In this document: piece after piece, positions 15,885 to 28,149 of the stretch
How the letters are laid out: each line of letters begins with the position of its first letter
Numbering within the stretch: position 1 is the first letter of the stretch
From: the human T2T-CHM13v2.0 reference genome, Homo sapiens
Length of the DNA: 64,000 nucleotides
Direction: 5' to 3' (one strand)
NCBI RefSeq assembly: GCF_009914755.1
Contig: NC_060928.1
The notes under the pieces: generated by a model
Told to the model about the DNA's origin: nothing
Databases searched by the model: none
Seen by the model: only the letters and a program-made list of their open reading frames with translations
Program-made: the position numbers and the translations under genes

Positions 15885-16050
15885 ATCATGAGCTAACATT
15901 TTGATTAATTACCGTGCTCCACACATTTCCTGTGTATAACATAATTCACAATTTACATTTGTAAATTAATCCTATGAATAGTCTTATGAGGGAGATACTA
16001 TTTATTCCTTTTTTACAAATGAGGAACTAAGGCACAGAGAGATTAAATAA
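15885..16050 (-). mobile_element. MIR
   Basis: ttttacaaatgaggaactaaggcacagagagattaaataa. Confidence 0.75.
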
Positions 16051-17387
16051 TGGAAATTATCTCTTCAATCTCCATAATTTTTTTAAATTAACTTTTTTCT
16101 CTGTCTACCTAGAGCATCTTTTCTCAACGATTTACAGGACTGATATTTAGGTTCTTAAAAGATGGTTGCACCTGGAATTCTTGAACACACGTGAAATATT
16201 TTAATATCAACCTGGGCTACATTCTCATATATATTTTCAGGGTTTCTTCCCCTAATTCTAAGACACCTGGAAGCCATCCCTATTATGGCAGATGTCAGTA
16301 TCACATAAATAGATTTGTTGTCTACTTTCCTGACTTCCAAAAGTTGTGACTTCCAAAACATGGGGATTAATTTATACATCTTTTTATTCCCAATGACTCA
16401 CAAGGTACTTTGTATACGGTGGGTGCTTAAGAGATATTAAGTAAACACAAAAAATCAGTGACACTGAGAAGGATATTAGTCTCTCTGATTCAATTTCTTG
16501 ATCTACAAAGAGGGAAGAAGGATAAGGTGACATCAGAAAATACACAAAATAGCAGTGAAGAATAAACAGATTAAAAATACAAAATATGCTCAGGGAACTC
16601 AATATATATATATATATATAAATATATAATATATATAATTCTACATTTGCATATAGATGAATGTAGAATTCTACATAAATTTGATATCTACAAATACTGC
16701 AATAAGTACTTATTTCTTTACCTAAAATGGCCACTCAGTACAAGTCCTATTAATTCCAGGTGTGGCTGAACCATACCAAACCCAATAGGTACCTTGGTTT
16801 TAACACATAAAGTCAAATATGACTTCTTCCATGCTATTCAGGAGTAAGTCGACTTTAGCAACAACACAGACACGTGATGAATCGATTTGCCCTACACACT
16901 GGATTCGACTGCAAAACCAGTATGAGGGTTTCAGTTATCTCATGCTGAACAAGCCCACCAAATTTAGGCCATTCCAACAGTCCAGTTCATTAATGAGTGC
17001 TGTGCTACAGCTTCCTGGGTAGTGATTTTAGTAACTATACGATATACACAGAAGCAGCCAATCTTCCTATGTGAAACTAGCTCTTAAAATAGCAATGACA
17101 ACAACGAAACGCTCCAACCTAAACAGGTGAAATTTAGTTGCTCCAAACAGACACAACTCAGGTCTGTCAAACCATTTTCCAGTCACTGCTCTGTTTCTCT
17201 TGCATTCTACTCACTTTAAATTAGCACAAGTGAGTTTCTTTTCTCCCAGAGCTTCTTTGTTCTATAAAGGTATGCCTCTTCCTCCTTATAAATAACCTCT
17301 AACCATCTGAACTGTCAGGAGCTGTTTGACTCTTAGTCTTTGGACTCATAATCCACCTGAAAGTGTCTGCTCTACTGCAAACCCTGA

Positions 17388-18272
17388 GACACACATTGGC
17401 CCTGATTATAATGTAGACACATCAATGCTGTCTTAGACCTGTACACGCTCTGCACACATTGGCCCTGATTATAACGTAGACATGTCAATGCTGTCTTAGA
17501 CCTGTACACGCTCTTCACACGTTGGCCCTGATTATAATGTAGACACATCAATGCTCTCTTAGACCTGTACATGCTCTTCACACGTTGGCCCTGATTATAA
17601 TGTAGACACATCAATGCTGTCTTAGACCTGTACACACTCTTCACACATTGGCCCTGATTATAATGTAGACATGTCAATGTGTCTTAGACCTGTACACACT
17701 CTACACACGTTGGCCCTGATTATAACGTAGACACGTCAATACTGTCTTAGACCTGTACACACTCTTCACACATTGGCCCTGATTATAAAGTAGACACATC
17801 AATGCTGTCTTAGACCTGTACACGCTCTTCACACATTGGCCCTGATTATAACGTAGACACGTCAATGCTGTCTTAGAGCTGTACACGCTCTTCACACGTT
17901 GGCCCTGATTATAATGTAGACACATCAATGCTGTCTTAGACCTGTACACGCTCTGCACACGTTGGCGGCCCTGATTATAATGTAGACACATCAATGTTGT
18001 CTTAGACCTGTACACACTCTACACACGTTGGCCCTGATTATAATGTAGACACGTCAATGCTGTCTTAGAGCTGTACACGCTCTTCACACATTGGCCCTGA
18101 TTATAACGTAGACACATCAATGCTGTCTTGGACCTGTACACGCTCTACACACGTTGGCCCTGATTATAACGTAGACATGTCAATGCTGTCTTAGACCTGT
18201 ACACACTCTGCACACGTTGGCGGCCCTGATTATAATGTAGACATGTCAATGCTGTCTTGGACCTGTACATGC
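17388..18272. repeat. 63-bp minisatellite, 14 copies
   Basis: ggccctgattata recurs at 17398, 17461, 17524 ... 18222. Confidence 0.98.
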
Positions 18273-19029
18273 TTTTGGTATCACAGTTTCCAAGTCACTC
18301 GGATTCCTGATGTTGAAGCTGTGGTCCCTTTATTTTCCATCCTTAGCACCAGTCTCTTCAAATCAAAGGATCCTGATATCCAAAAGAACCTTATCCTCTC
18401 CCGACACTCTGCTGAACTTCTGAAACTTATGTCTACCCTTCCACTCCTCTCTTGCAATTGGAGTCTTGCTGGTCACTTTATGCAGCTGCTTCTGTTTAAC
18501 AGATTCTGGAAATTAACCTCAATATGAACATTAATTAAATGTCCACTAATTTACCTGTCTGTCCTTCCATGAAAAGGTTACTTTGTTTCAGCCATACCTG
18601 ACGATACGTGTTTACATGTTGCCAATACTAGAACATTTGTTGCTTGACCTGATTTTTAAATTCAAATATTTAAGGTTCTTGTAAAAATTAAATGAGATAA
18701 CTTGTAAATTAATGCAAGCTTGGGAGATAGCTGTTATTCATTATATTGGTTTTCCTTCTTTCATTATTTTTTTTCTGGATTCTAGGTGTCTTCTTAGAAT
18801 ACTGAGATCGGATATTCTGTCTGCTTGAAATAATCAGAATGGTGAAGTCCCTATCATTACACGTTTTAAAAACACATAAATTGAATAGCAACTTTTTTTT
18901 GTGGTAGGACTGTAGGAATATAAACAGATTTATGACATGTGTTTATCTCCTTGCATGGTGAGAAGTCATTAAGGGAGAAACAGAATCACAATACAAAATC
19001 ATATCTTCTTAGGGCTCTGTGGGGTCCTC

Positions 19030-19430
19030 TGAGATCCTCTAACATGCTAGCTACACTTCACTTGCTGCCTATATAGCTTTTCTCCCAGAGAGTCATATGA
19101 ATAATTTTGTCATCTCCTTCCCAAACTTGCTCAGATGTCACATGCTTAGACATTTTCTGACCAAGTCTTCTCATCCCACATCCTGAAGCCCTATGCCCTA
19201 GTCTCCTGCCTTAGCAGTTCCCATCGCTCCCTTCCCCTGCACTTTTCTCCACTGCAGTTATTACCTTCCAATATACTATATTCCTCTATTGCACTAACTT
19301 ATTGTTTGTTTCTCCCTACCATAGTGGAAGTGTCTTGAAAGTAGAATATTTATTTATTGCCATATATCCAGGGCCTAAAACAGCACTGGCACTAAGAGAT
19401 ACTCAGCAAAGATTTACTGAATGAATGAAA
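19030..19430 (+). mobile_element. L2a 3' end
   Basis: ccagggcctaaaacagcactggcac...tactgaatgaatgaa terminus. Confidence 0.75.
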
Positions 19431-19924
19431 GAAGGAAGTGCCAGAAACTGGAAGCAATACGAGATTATGAAGAGGACCTCATTTCCAGTTCAGGAGATCA
19501 GAAAGTCCTCAGCTATAAATTGCATTTGAGTTGATCATTTTTAAACATGAATAATTATAATAGTAGAAATTTTCTGAGGGAGTCTCAGACACCTATTTCA
19601 ATGCAGATGACATTATCACACACCCTCTTGCCATCAGAACAGACTCCCTCAGTATGTAGGTCTAGAGAATGGTGAGTAAGGCCCAAGCCTGTGGTTTGCA
19701 TAGGGAGAAAGTTATCAAAAACTCGAAGCTTCTTATGGAAGACCTAAAACACCTCCAATAGGCATATAGAATGGACCCTAAAGGGGGAGTCACACCCGTG
19801 AGATTGTGAAGAAAAAAATATTGTGCAAAAATTTAGATCTTGTAAAAAGACTAAGCACACCATAAAAAAATGTTAAAAGATCACTGAAAATTTAGAGCTC
19901 AGTTGGAGACTCAGTCGTAGATGC

Positions 19925-20346
19925 TGTTAAAGCAAAAGCTAAATATGGCCTAAGAAAGACTCCGTATTTCTATATTTGAGTCCTTGTGGATGAACTGTAA
20001 TCTAGCCTAATAGCCAGACAAGATTGAAAGCTAACTTAGGAGTACGCGCCTGTAACTTTAGCTGAGTCTTGGTCAATCCCAGAGGCAATATTTCAACCAC
20101 TCATAGACAGCTAAATGTTCAAATAAGGCAAACGCCAACCTGTAACCAATCCAGCTGTTTCTGCACCTCACTGCCAATTTCTGTACCTCATTTCCTTTTT
20201 TTTTGTCTATAAATCTTTCACCACGTGGCTGTGCTTGAGTCTCTCTGAATCTTCCATGATTCTGGGGGTTGCCCGATTCATGAATTATTCATTGCTCACA
20301 ATTAAACTCCTTTAAATTTAATTCTGCTGAAGTTTTTCTTTTATCA
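19925..20346 (+). mobile_element. MER57-family 5' LTR (ERV1)
   Basis: tgttaaag...taaatatggcct start; ccaat and tataaa boxes; gaagtttttcttttatca end. Confidence 0.88.
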
Positions 20347-20348
20347 GA

Positions 20349-20366
20349 TGGTGTCAGAAGCAGGAT
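20349..20366 (+). other. retroviral primer-binding site, tRNA-Leu type
   Basis: tggtgtcagaagcaggat 2 nt after the LTR end; resembles the complement of the tRNA-Leu 3' end. Confidence 0.75.
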
Positions 20367-20415
20367 CCAAAGCAGAGCTTCTAGCCACCCTCAGAGTGCT
20401 GAGTGAACACGCAAG

Positions 20416-21037
20416 GTCCCTGCAGAGCCCACTTGTGTCCATTGATCTCTCAGAGTAGCTGGGGATTGTGGGTAAGCTCCCTTGTCCCTGCAGAACACAC
20501 TTGTGTCCATTGATCTCTCAGAGTAGCTGGGGATCGTGGGTAAGCTCCGTCATCCCTGCAGAACCCACTTGTGTCCATTGATCTCTTGGAGTAGCTGGGG
20601 ATCGTGGATAAGCTCCCTCTCAGATTTCAGAGCTCCACTGATTGGAGTAGCTGGGGATCATGGGTAAGCTCCCTCTCAGATTTCAGAGCTCCACTGATTG
20701 GAGTAGCTGGGGATCGTGGGTAAGCTCCCTCTCAGATTTCAGAGCTCCACTGATTGGAGTAGCTGGGGATCGTGGGTAAGCTCCCTCTCAGATTTCAGAG
20801 CTCCACTGATTGGAGTAGCTGGGGATCGTGGGTAAGCTCCCTCTCAGATTTCAGAGCTCCACTGATTGGAGTAGCTGGGGATCGTGGGTAAGCTCCCTCT
20901 CAGATTTCAGAGCTCCACTGATTGGAGTAGCTGGGGATCGTGGGTAAGCTCCCTCTCAGATTTCAGAGCTCCACTGATTGGAGTAGCTGGGGATCGTGGG
21001 TAAGCTCCCTCTCAGATTTCAGAGCTCCACTGATTGG
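20416..21037 (+). repeat. compound minisatellite (3 x 68 bp then 8 x 56 bp) in the ERV leader
   Basis: gagtagctgg at 20453, 20521, 20589, then every 56 bp to 20981. Confidence 0.97.
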
Positions 21038-22230
21038 TGTTTTGAGCTCTCTGAGTTTCTTTGAGCAAATTTCTGATCCAAACTAAGTTTGGAAGTCGTG
21101 ACAGAAACTGGCCTGGGTCCAGGATGGGATTTAATCTGTTAATTAACTGGCTTGGATCCACTTAGAGGCCTCTTACATCTGACTGGGTCAGAAAAGAACT
21201 AGTAGTAAGCAGTAATATTGCAGGGGTTATAAAATTTGGCTTTTGCAAATTCACAGGGATTTTTGTGTTTTACCCCTTTGTTTCATTTTTCTTGTGCACC
21301 TAGGTAGGAAAAAACCATTGTCTGAGTTAATCAAGAGAACCTGAGAGTAAAGGCCATATTTTAGGTAAAAATGGGATTCTTAATTTCTGGAAAACTGAGT
21401 TCCTTCCAGCTTATACATTAGGCCTGGGAGGCAGCAAAGTCTTATAGAAATGGCAAAGTCTTGCTAAAAATAACTTGCAGTGGAATGCTCCAAATGAACA
21501 ACAACACACTGAAGGGCATTGAAAAATGTATGTATGTATTTCCTTCTGTGTTGTGGCTTGGCCTCTGGGATTATGGTACAGTGAGCTGGGTCACTAGGAC
21601 CACTCAGGGAAGGGGAAACCAGAAGGGCATGCTGGCAAAAGGGTAGGAATTTCTTACCAGTCAGACCTCTGGCCCTTTTCTCCCTCTCTCTCTGTGCAAA
21701 CCAGTTCAATGAATGGTAAAAATCACTGTTTGTCTCCTCTGTAAAGTTTTGATTAATGCAAAAAAGAATTCTGAGGCTAGTCTTAAGCTGTAGTGAATCT
21801 GGTATATTTTGTGTTATAAATTCGTTTTTCTGTGTCAAGGGGTACCTTGAGATGAACCATGGGCTTAGGACTCCGTATACTCCTGCTCAAGACAGCCCAG
21901 GAAGCTGTTCAGTAATAAACTTTGCTGCAGGTCCCTGACATATACAAATAACTGGATGAGGTCTCCATCTTGTTTTATGACCTTGGGAGCTTGACCTTGT
22001 AACCACGTGACGGTACTTTCTCTTGGTCTCCACCTTCCAGGGAAAAGGAATTTTAGAGTTCATGTCATAGCTAGCTCTAAAAATTATCCTGAATAGTTAA
22101 AAGCCTTTGTAAACTCAAAATTAACTACTCTAGACTCCTTCTGGCAAGGGCAATGGAGACTGCCCCTTGCTGTGACTCAGAAACTAAGATTTTGCCCTTT
22201 CATTTTGGCAGTCTGGGTTAGATTCCCAAC

Positions 22231-22756
22231 ATATATATATATATGTATATAATTATATATACATATATGTGTTTAATATATGTATATAATATATACACCA
22301 GCCTATGTGTGTATATACATATATATGTATATACACCAGCCTACGTGTGTATATACGTATATACACCAGCCTACGTGTGTATATACGTATATACACCAGC
22401 CTACGTGTGTATATACGTATATACACCAGCCTACGTGTGTATATACGTATATACACCAGCCTATGTGAGTATATACATATATACATATATACACCAGCCT
22501 ATGTGTGTATATACATATATATACCAGCCTATGTGTATATACGTATATACGTATATACACCAGCCTATGTCTATACACGTATATATGTATATACACCAGC
22601 CTATGTGTATATATGTATATATGTATATACACCAGCCTATGTGTATATACGTATATATGTATATACACCAACCTATGTGTGTATATACGTATACACATAT
22701 ACACATATAGGCTGGTGTGTATATACATATACACATATACACATATAGGCTGGTGC
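22231..22756. repeat. TA/RY-rich ~30-38-bp repeat with caccagcct core; last two cores inverted
   Basis: ~12 forward cores 22296-22675; aggctggtg at 22709 and 22747. Confidence 0.95.
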
Positions 22757-25535
22757 AGTGATTTTTCCCAGGGTGCTTCTTAATAAACAATGTGAAATCA
22801 CATTCAACCTTTTTTTTACAACCTTTTGCTTCATGACAAGCATTGATGTGGCTTCTCTTCCAGTTGTTTCTCCTATTGATGGCAGACGGGGAAACACATT
22901 AGCTACAAATTGTGGTTAATAATAAACAGGACATTTTTCAGAAAAAAATCAATACATTTCAGTTCTAATGAAAAATTATATCTATGTATAGTCAATAGTA
23001 AGGAAACATGATCTAAGAAATCAAAACCAGGATCTGGGAAAAGAAAAGGAAGCCTCGGTAAGGATCCTTAAAGTGTGAGTTATCCTTGCCAGAGTTAACT
23101 AGGTCAGACCTTGTTCCATAATCCATCAGTAGGTGCATCGGAATTGTTTCTAAAACCCAAGGGGAACCTTCGAAAACTGTGTGGCCTTGGTGAAAAATCT
23201 CCACATGATGGCTTAGATGATCCACGTATCTGACTCTTCTCTAGGGGGAGAGCCTTCATTTTAGCATCTGTAACGGAATTTCAAGGACAAATTTTATACA
23301 GTGAAACTGAGTTTCTGAGAATCTGGGAATTCCCTTCAGTGATTAAAGGACATGTCACTTTACCAGATTATAAAATATTTGCATTTGGATATCAATGGTA
23401 GAAGAAATGAACTGTGAGCTTTTTTGGTTAAAAAAATGTATAGTAATATTTTTGGAAAAGTCTACTGTCAGCCTCTTGGGAGAAACTGTTACATTAATGA
23501 AACAAATGGGGGAGCAAAAGCTCAGTCATGCAAAGCTCAAAGAAACTTCCAGATCCCAGGTATTTCTGAATCAATTCCATTGCGGTTTGTATGATTCTGA
23601 ATAGAATGACAACTGCAGGCAGTTAATATGAACTAAAGCCCTACAGGAAAGTTCAGACTGCCTTCAGCATTGTCTGCTTTCACACTTCCAATGATGCATT
23701 GATGATAGTAACAATGAGTGTGATCCAAAGTACATGATGTCTGCTATCAGCTAATAACAGAAAAGAGATAGAAAGTGAGATATAATAAAAACAAGTGCTT
23801 ATGTACTCAAATAAGATCCTAGGAGTTCCTCTATTATAAACCATACACAAGGAAGCCCTGGTTTTGGCATTTGGGAGAAAGTAATGATAAAATATTCAAA
23901 ACATTATTAGTACTGTTGACAGAAGCATTCGGCTCATATTTACTTGAATCTTATTTACTTTCAAACCGGGTCTTAAGAATGACTTTGTCTAAAGTGCTTT
24001 CTATGCAAGAGTAATGGCAACTGCACCTCTTGCTCAGAACACGTTCCCCTAAGATAAACTTTTCAGGACAGTTGAAACTCTTGGAAAGAATATCAAGTCT
24101 TCACAATCTTCCAGGAAGACTCAGTGATAAGAAAAGTTAATGTTTGGTATTGTAAAAGTGTTGCTTATCAATATTCTTATATGACACTGTCTTCTTAATC
24201 AGATCCACAGGTTCTCCAGATATTCCCTGAAGCATAATGTAAAGTACTAAATAATGATGAGTTATAGAACTCTGGCCCTTGGGCCATTAGATAATTAATC
24301 CCCCTTTTTTTATCAGAAAAGGAACAGAAACCATCCATACATATCCTTCTCGTTATTTAGTAAAAATGTAAATTCTTTTTCATATGTGGACATACATCTC
24401 TAGTAAGATAACGAAACTGCTGCTAGAAGTGCAAACATGTCAACCTGTCAAATTTGGATCCAAATTTATTAGAGGAGGGATAAGATTGAGAAACCAGAAC
24501 TGGATATCCATCCTGAAATCACAGAAGCATTTATTGGACTGAAATGCAAACAGATGGATAACAATGGATATTTAAAGAGTATTTTATCACACTCTCTATG
24601 TGAGCCAAATATTTTATCATACTCTCTATCTGAGCCAGATATTTTACAAACCACTTGGTGATCAACAGCCACATCCATCCTAAGTGAGAAAGTCACAAGG
24701 CTGCAACATAAATGTGTGCTCGTAAGAGTTTTGCTCCTCCATCACATCCCTGGATACAAGGAGAGGTTACTGAAGGTGGGATCCTGGTTAAACCCCAAAC
24801 TGTGTCATCTGTATGATGGACCAACAAGTACGGGAACACGTGATGATGCCAATTTTCCTTTACAGATCCCAGGGTGGTTCTGCACTGTTGAAACGTCACA
24901 TCCTTTCATGATAAACTTGCTTTACATCTTTGATGAATAGAGTCAGGCTTTTTTAGGAGTAAATATATCACATTTTCCTTATGTGCAATTTCAGTTACAT
25001 TGCAAAATGTGTGCAATATTTTTAAAAAGATAGTTGTAGAAATAGCAATTAAGAAAGTTGTTTTCCTGTCATAAATAAGAATATTGATCGAGCAACTGTC
25101 ACATTTAATTTTTATCAAGAGTTGCTATCTTTGTGGCCCTTTAAGAAAGACCCTGACTTTTTGTCAATAATTCACTTGTATTTAATGGTTTATAGACCTC
25201 ATCAAATGTATACATTGCCTAGCAGAAGTTTTCCACTTATTTACTCATGCAGTTTTTTCTATAGTTGCATTTCTCATATGATGTTCTGTGTTTAATGTTT
25301 ATTTTTGTATAGGTATATGAAGTGCTTTCCGAGATTAAAGCAGAATAAAAATGAACAAAGACTGCACTGGCACCATTTCATCCTGAAATGTATTTTTAAA
25401 ATAGTGGAAGAAAATTATTTTCTTTTAGTATGAATTATGCATCTATTATTAATAAATGGCATTTAATAAATGACAGATATATAATTCAGAGTAATAAAAA
25501 CATATTACTCTCTATGAATAAACTGTGAGCCATAC

Positions 25536-25759
25536 CTGAGAATAATGGAGCCAAGTAACGGGCCACGTGCGTGAACCACAGGACTCCCTGTCCCAGGCCA
25601 AAGGCCCTGTTGCCAGCTCCCAGCTGCACCGATGCACGTCATTCAGCCGACCTTCCTACGCATGTGTACCCTTTCCCTTAATTTCAACCAGCAGCCGTGA
25701 CAGCACTGTTTATCGCATAGTAAGCATTTCTACAAAACCTGTTACCCGTAGTTCTTGGG
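25536..25759 (-). ncRNA. candidate minus-strand exon (alternative acceptor at 25729)
   Basis: acceptor gatttttattCAG, donor CAG|GTATGG; locally CpG-enriched relative to flanks. Confidence 0.3.
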
Positions 25760-26407
25760 CTGAATAAAAATCATTTTAAAACAAGGAAACCAGAATATCG
25801 CATTACCCAAATTATTTTTGAAAGATAAAAGAGAAAGGTGATACTCAAATGTGAAAAACACCAGTTATAGGCATCTTTTTCTAAAATTTAGGTGTAAGGT
25901 CATTTCCTGAAAAGAAAATTGTTGGGTTTTAGATTATTCTAATGGAATATACTTGATAAGTATAAAACGTGTAATTTCTATGCTTCTTTCTTCAAACCAT
26001 ATACCTGTGTAAAATCACACTTTTGTATTATATTCAAGTGAAAAATATTGTATAGCTACAAACTTGATTTTATGTCTGCTTTTGAAGATCCAAAAAGTGG
26101 CATGATTTTTGATATTCAACATATATATGCTATAAAGATCTCAAAGCACAGTTTTAATTTTATCATGGTTTCTGTAAGTCCTATTTCATAAGAATAATAT
26201 ACTATGAAAGATGTTTCATTTTTCTCCTCATGTGAATTTTTAATGAACATACAATGAAATCTATTTCATAGGCTTAGAAAGGCAAATATATTGGAAGACT
26301 CGAGGGAATTAATTCTTCACCAACATTCCCCTGTGGATTCTGAACTGATTAAAAACAGATAGGAGAGTGGAACCGATTAAGAGCAGACACAACCTGGGCA
26401 GTCTCAC

Positions 26408-26494
26408 ACGGTGCTTCTGCACAGGAGCCGGAGAGGATTCAAACACAGCACCCGTTTGAGTAACAGAAGTTCTGGATATGAGGACGACTTGGTC
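26408..26494 (-). ncRNA. candidate 87-nt minus-strand exon
   Basis: acceptor ccccatttttgcttCAG; donor CGT|GTGAGA. Confidence 0.3.
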
Positions 26495-26583
26495 CTGAAG
26501 CAAAAATGGGGTGTCTTCATCTTCTGTTGTAACTCGTACCTTCTGACTGAACTTACTTCAGGGAGCTTGAAGAAGAAAATTAA

Positions 26584-26918
<335 letters not shown>

Positions 26919-27836
26919 AGACTTTTCTTTCTTAGCCTCTTTTATGGAGGCAGATGTACCTAGTATAGTCTGAGGTAGGAATTCAGGAAAGGGAAGAATG
27001 GAATTTTGAAAATTTTTTTCTGGTAGTAACTTTAATACAAACGGTGTAATAAAAACTGTTCTAGCTTTTTTTGTAATCACCTCACCAGAGAAACAGTAGA
27101 GTATAAAGATATCACATTCTAGATGCAGACTGAGCCTACATCCTGGTCCTGCTACTTGCTGTGGCAAAACTTCCTCATCCATATAAAACAGGGGTAATGA
27201 TACTGTTGCTGTCACATCTAGAAAGCTCTCAATTATAAGACACAATTTTAAATACCACTGAAAAGGAAAACCACAGACAATGACAATATGACACAAAGCT
27301 CTCTTGATGGCACGAATTTCTATTCTGTGTGCCTATTGAAAAAATTAATTATACAGAGATCTTCTTAATCATATACCACTGCCATGTGAATATAAAAAAA
27401 TTAAGCAAGATAAATTGGTTTAGATATTTCTAGGACTTCTTTATATGCAGATTCCAACTCTTCTAAATCAGCTCTTGATTCAGATTTGGCCGTGTCTAGC
27501 CTCTTCCTTACAGAGTCACCCATCGTGCTATGCACAGTGTGGGTAGAACAGCATTTCTCGGTAGAAACATATGAACCCCCTGAAAGGCACTGGTGCTGGG
27601 CTCTCAAGCTGGCTGCATACAATCAGCCCACATTTGACACTGCTTTAAGGGATGCGGCTGAGCATGCCTGCCTCTCCACCGCTCCTGCTACCAACCAACT
27701 CTGCGGCTCCTAAGGGTTAAAAGTAATTTCAAGAGTGTCCCTGGGATGTCCTCCTAGTTCACCACATCTGTTCTGCCCATTTGGAGGCTGATGATTTTTA
27801 TGTCTTCACATGTGCGGGTGATAAATACATCTCCAA

Positions 27837-28120
27837 AGACCAAGCACCGTGGCTCACGCCTGTAATCCCAACACTTTGGGAGGCTGAAGCAGGAGAGTTG
27901 CTTGAGGTCAGGAGTTCAAAACAAGAATGGGCAACATAGTGAGATTCTGTCTCTGCAAAAAAAGACTTAGCTAGGCAAGGTGATATGCACTTGTAGTCCA
28001 TTCAAGAGGCTGGAGTGAGGGGGTTGCTTGAGCTCGGGAATTCAACACTGCAGTGAGCTATGATGGCATCACTGCACTCCAGCCTGGACGACACAGCAAG
28101 ACCCTGTCTCTAGACAAAAC
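27837..28120 (+). mobile_element. AluJ
   Basis: gcttgagctcgggaattcaacactgcagtgagctatgat J-type right arm. Confidence 0.9.
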
Positions 28121-28149
28121 TAGAAAGGAAACCAAGTGCGGTATCAGCG

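Larger units (their letters stand above)
20347..22230 (+). mobile_element. MER57-type internal (leader) sequence, 3'-truncated; no 3' LTR seen
   Basis: contiguous with LTR and PBS; MER4-group-like non-coding internal sequence; ends at a TA-rich array. Confidence 0.7.

Noticed and set aside
17372-18015. 21-aa periodic ORFs and CRISPR-like regular spacing
   Set aside because: Head-to-tail VNTR with no unique spacers, no cas genes, primate context
20416-21037. CRISPR-like array
   Set aside because: Inter-core sequences are identical copies, not unique spacers
22243-22790. Multiple Y/I/V/C-rich ORFs on both strands
   Set aside because: Translations of TA/RY low-complexity repeat
28110-28122. 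tagacaaaacta in the AluJ tail also occurs in the L1 5'UTR duplication
   Set aside because: About 12-bp A-rich match; most likely coincidence and not a TSD
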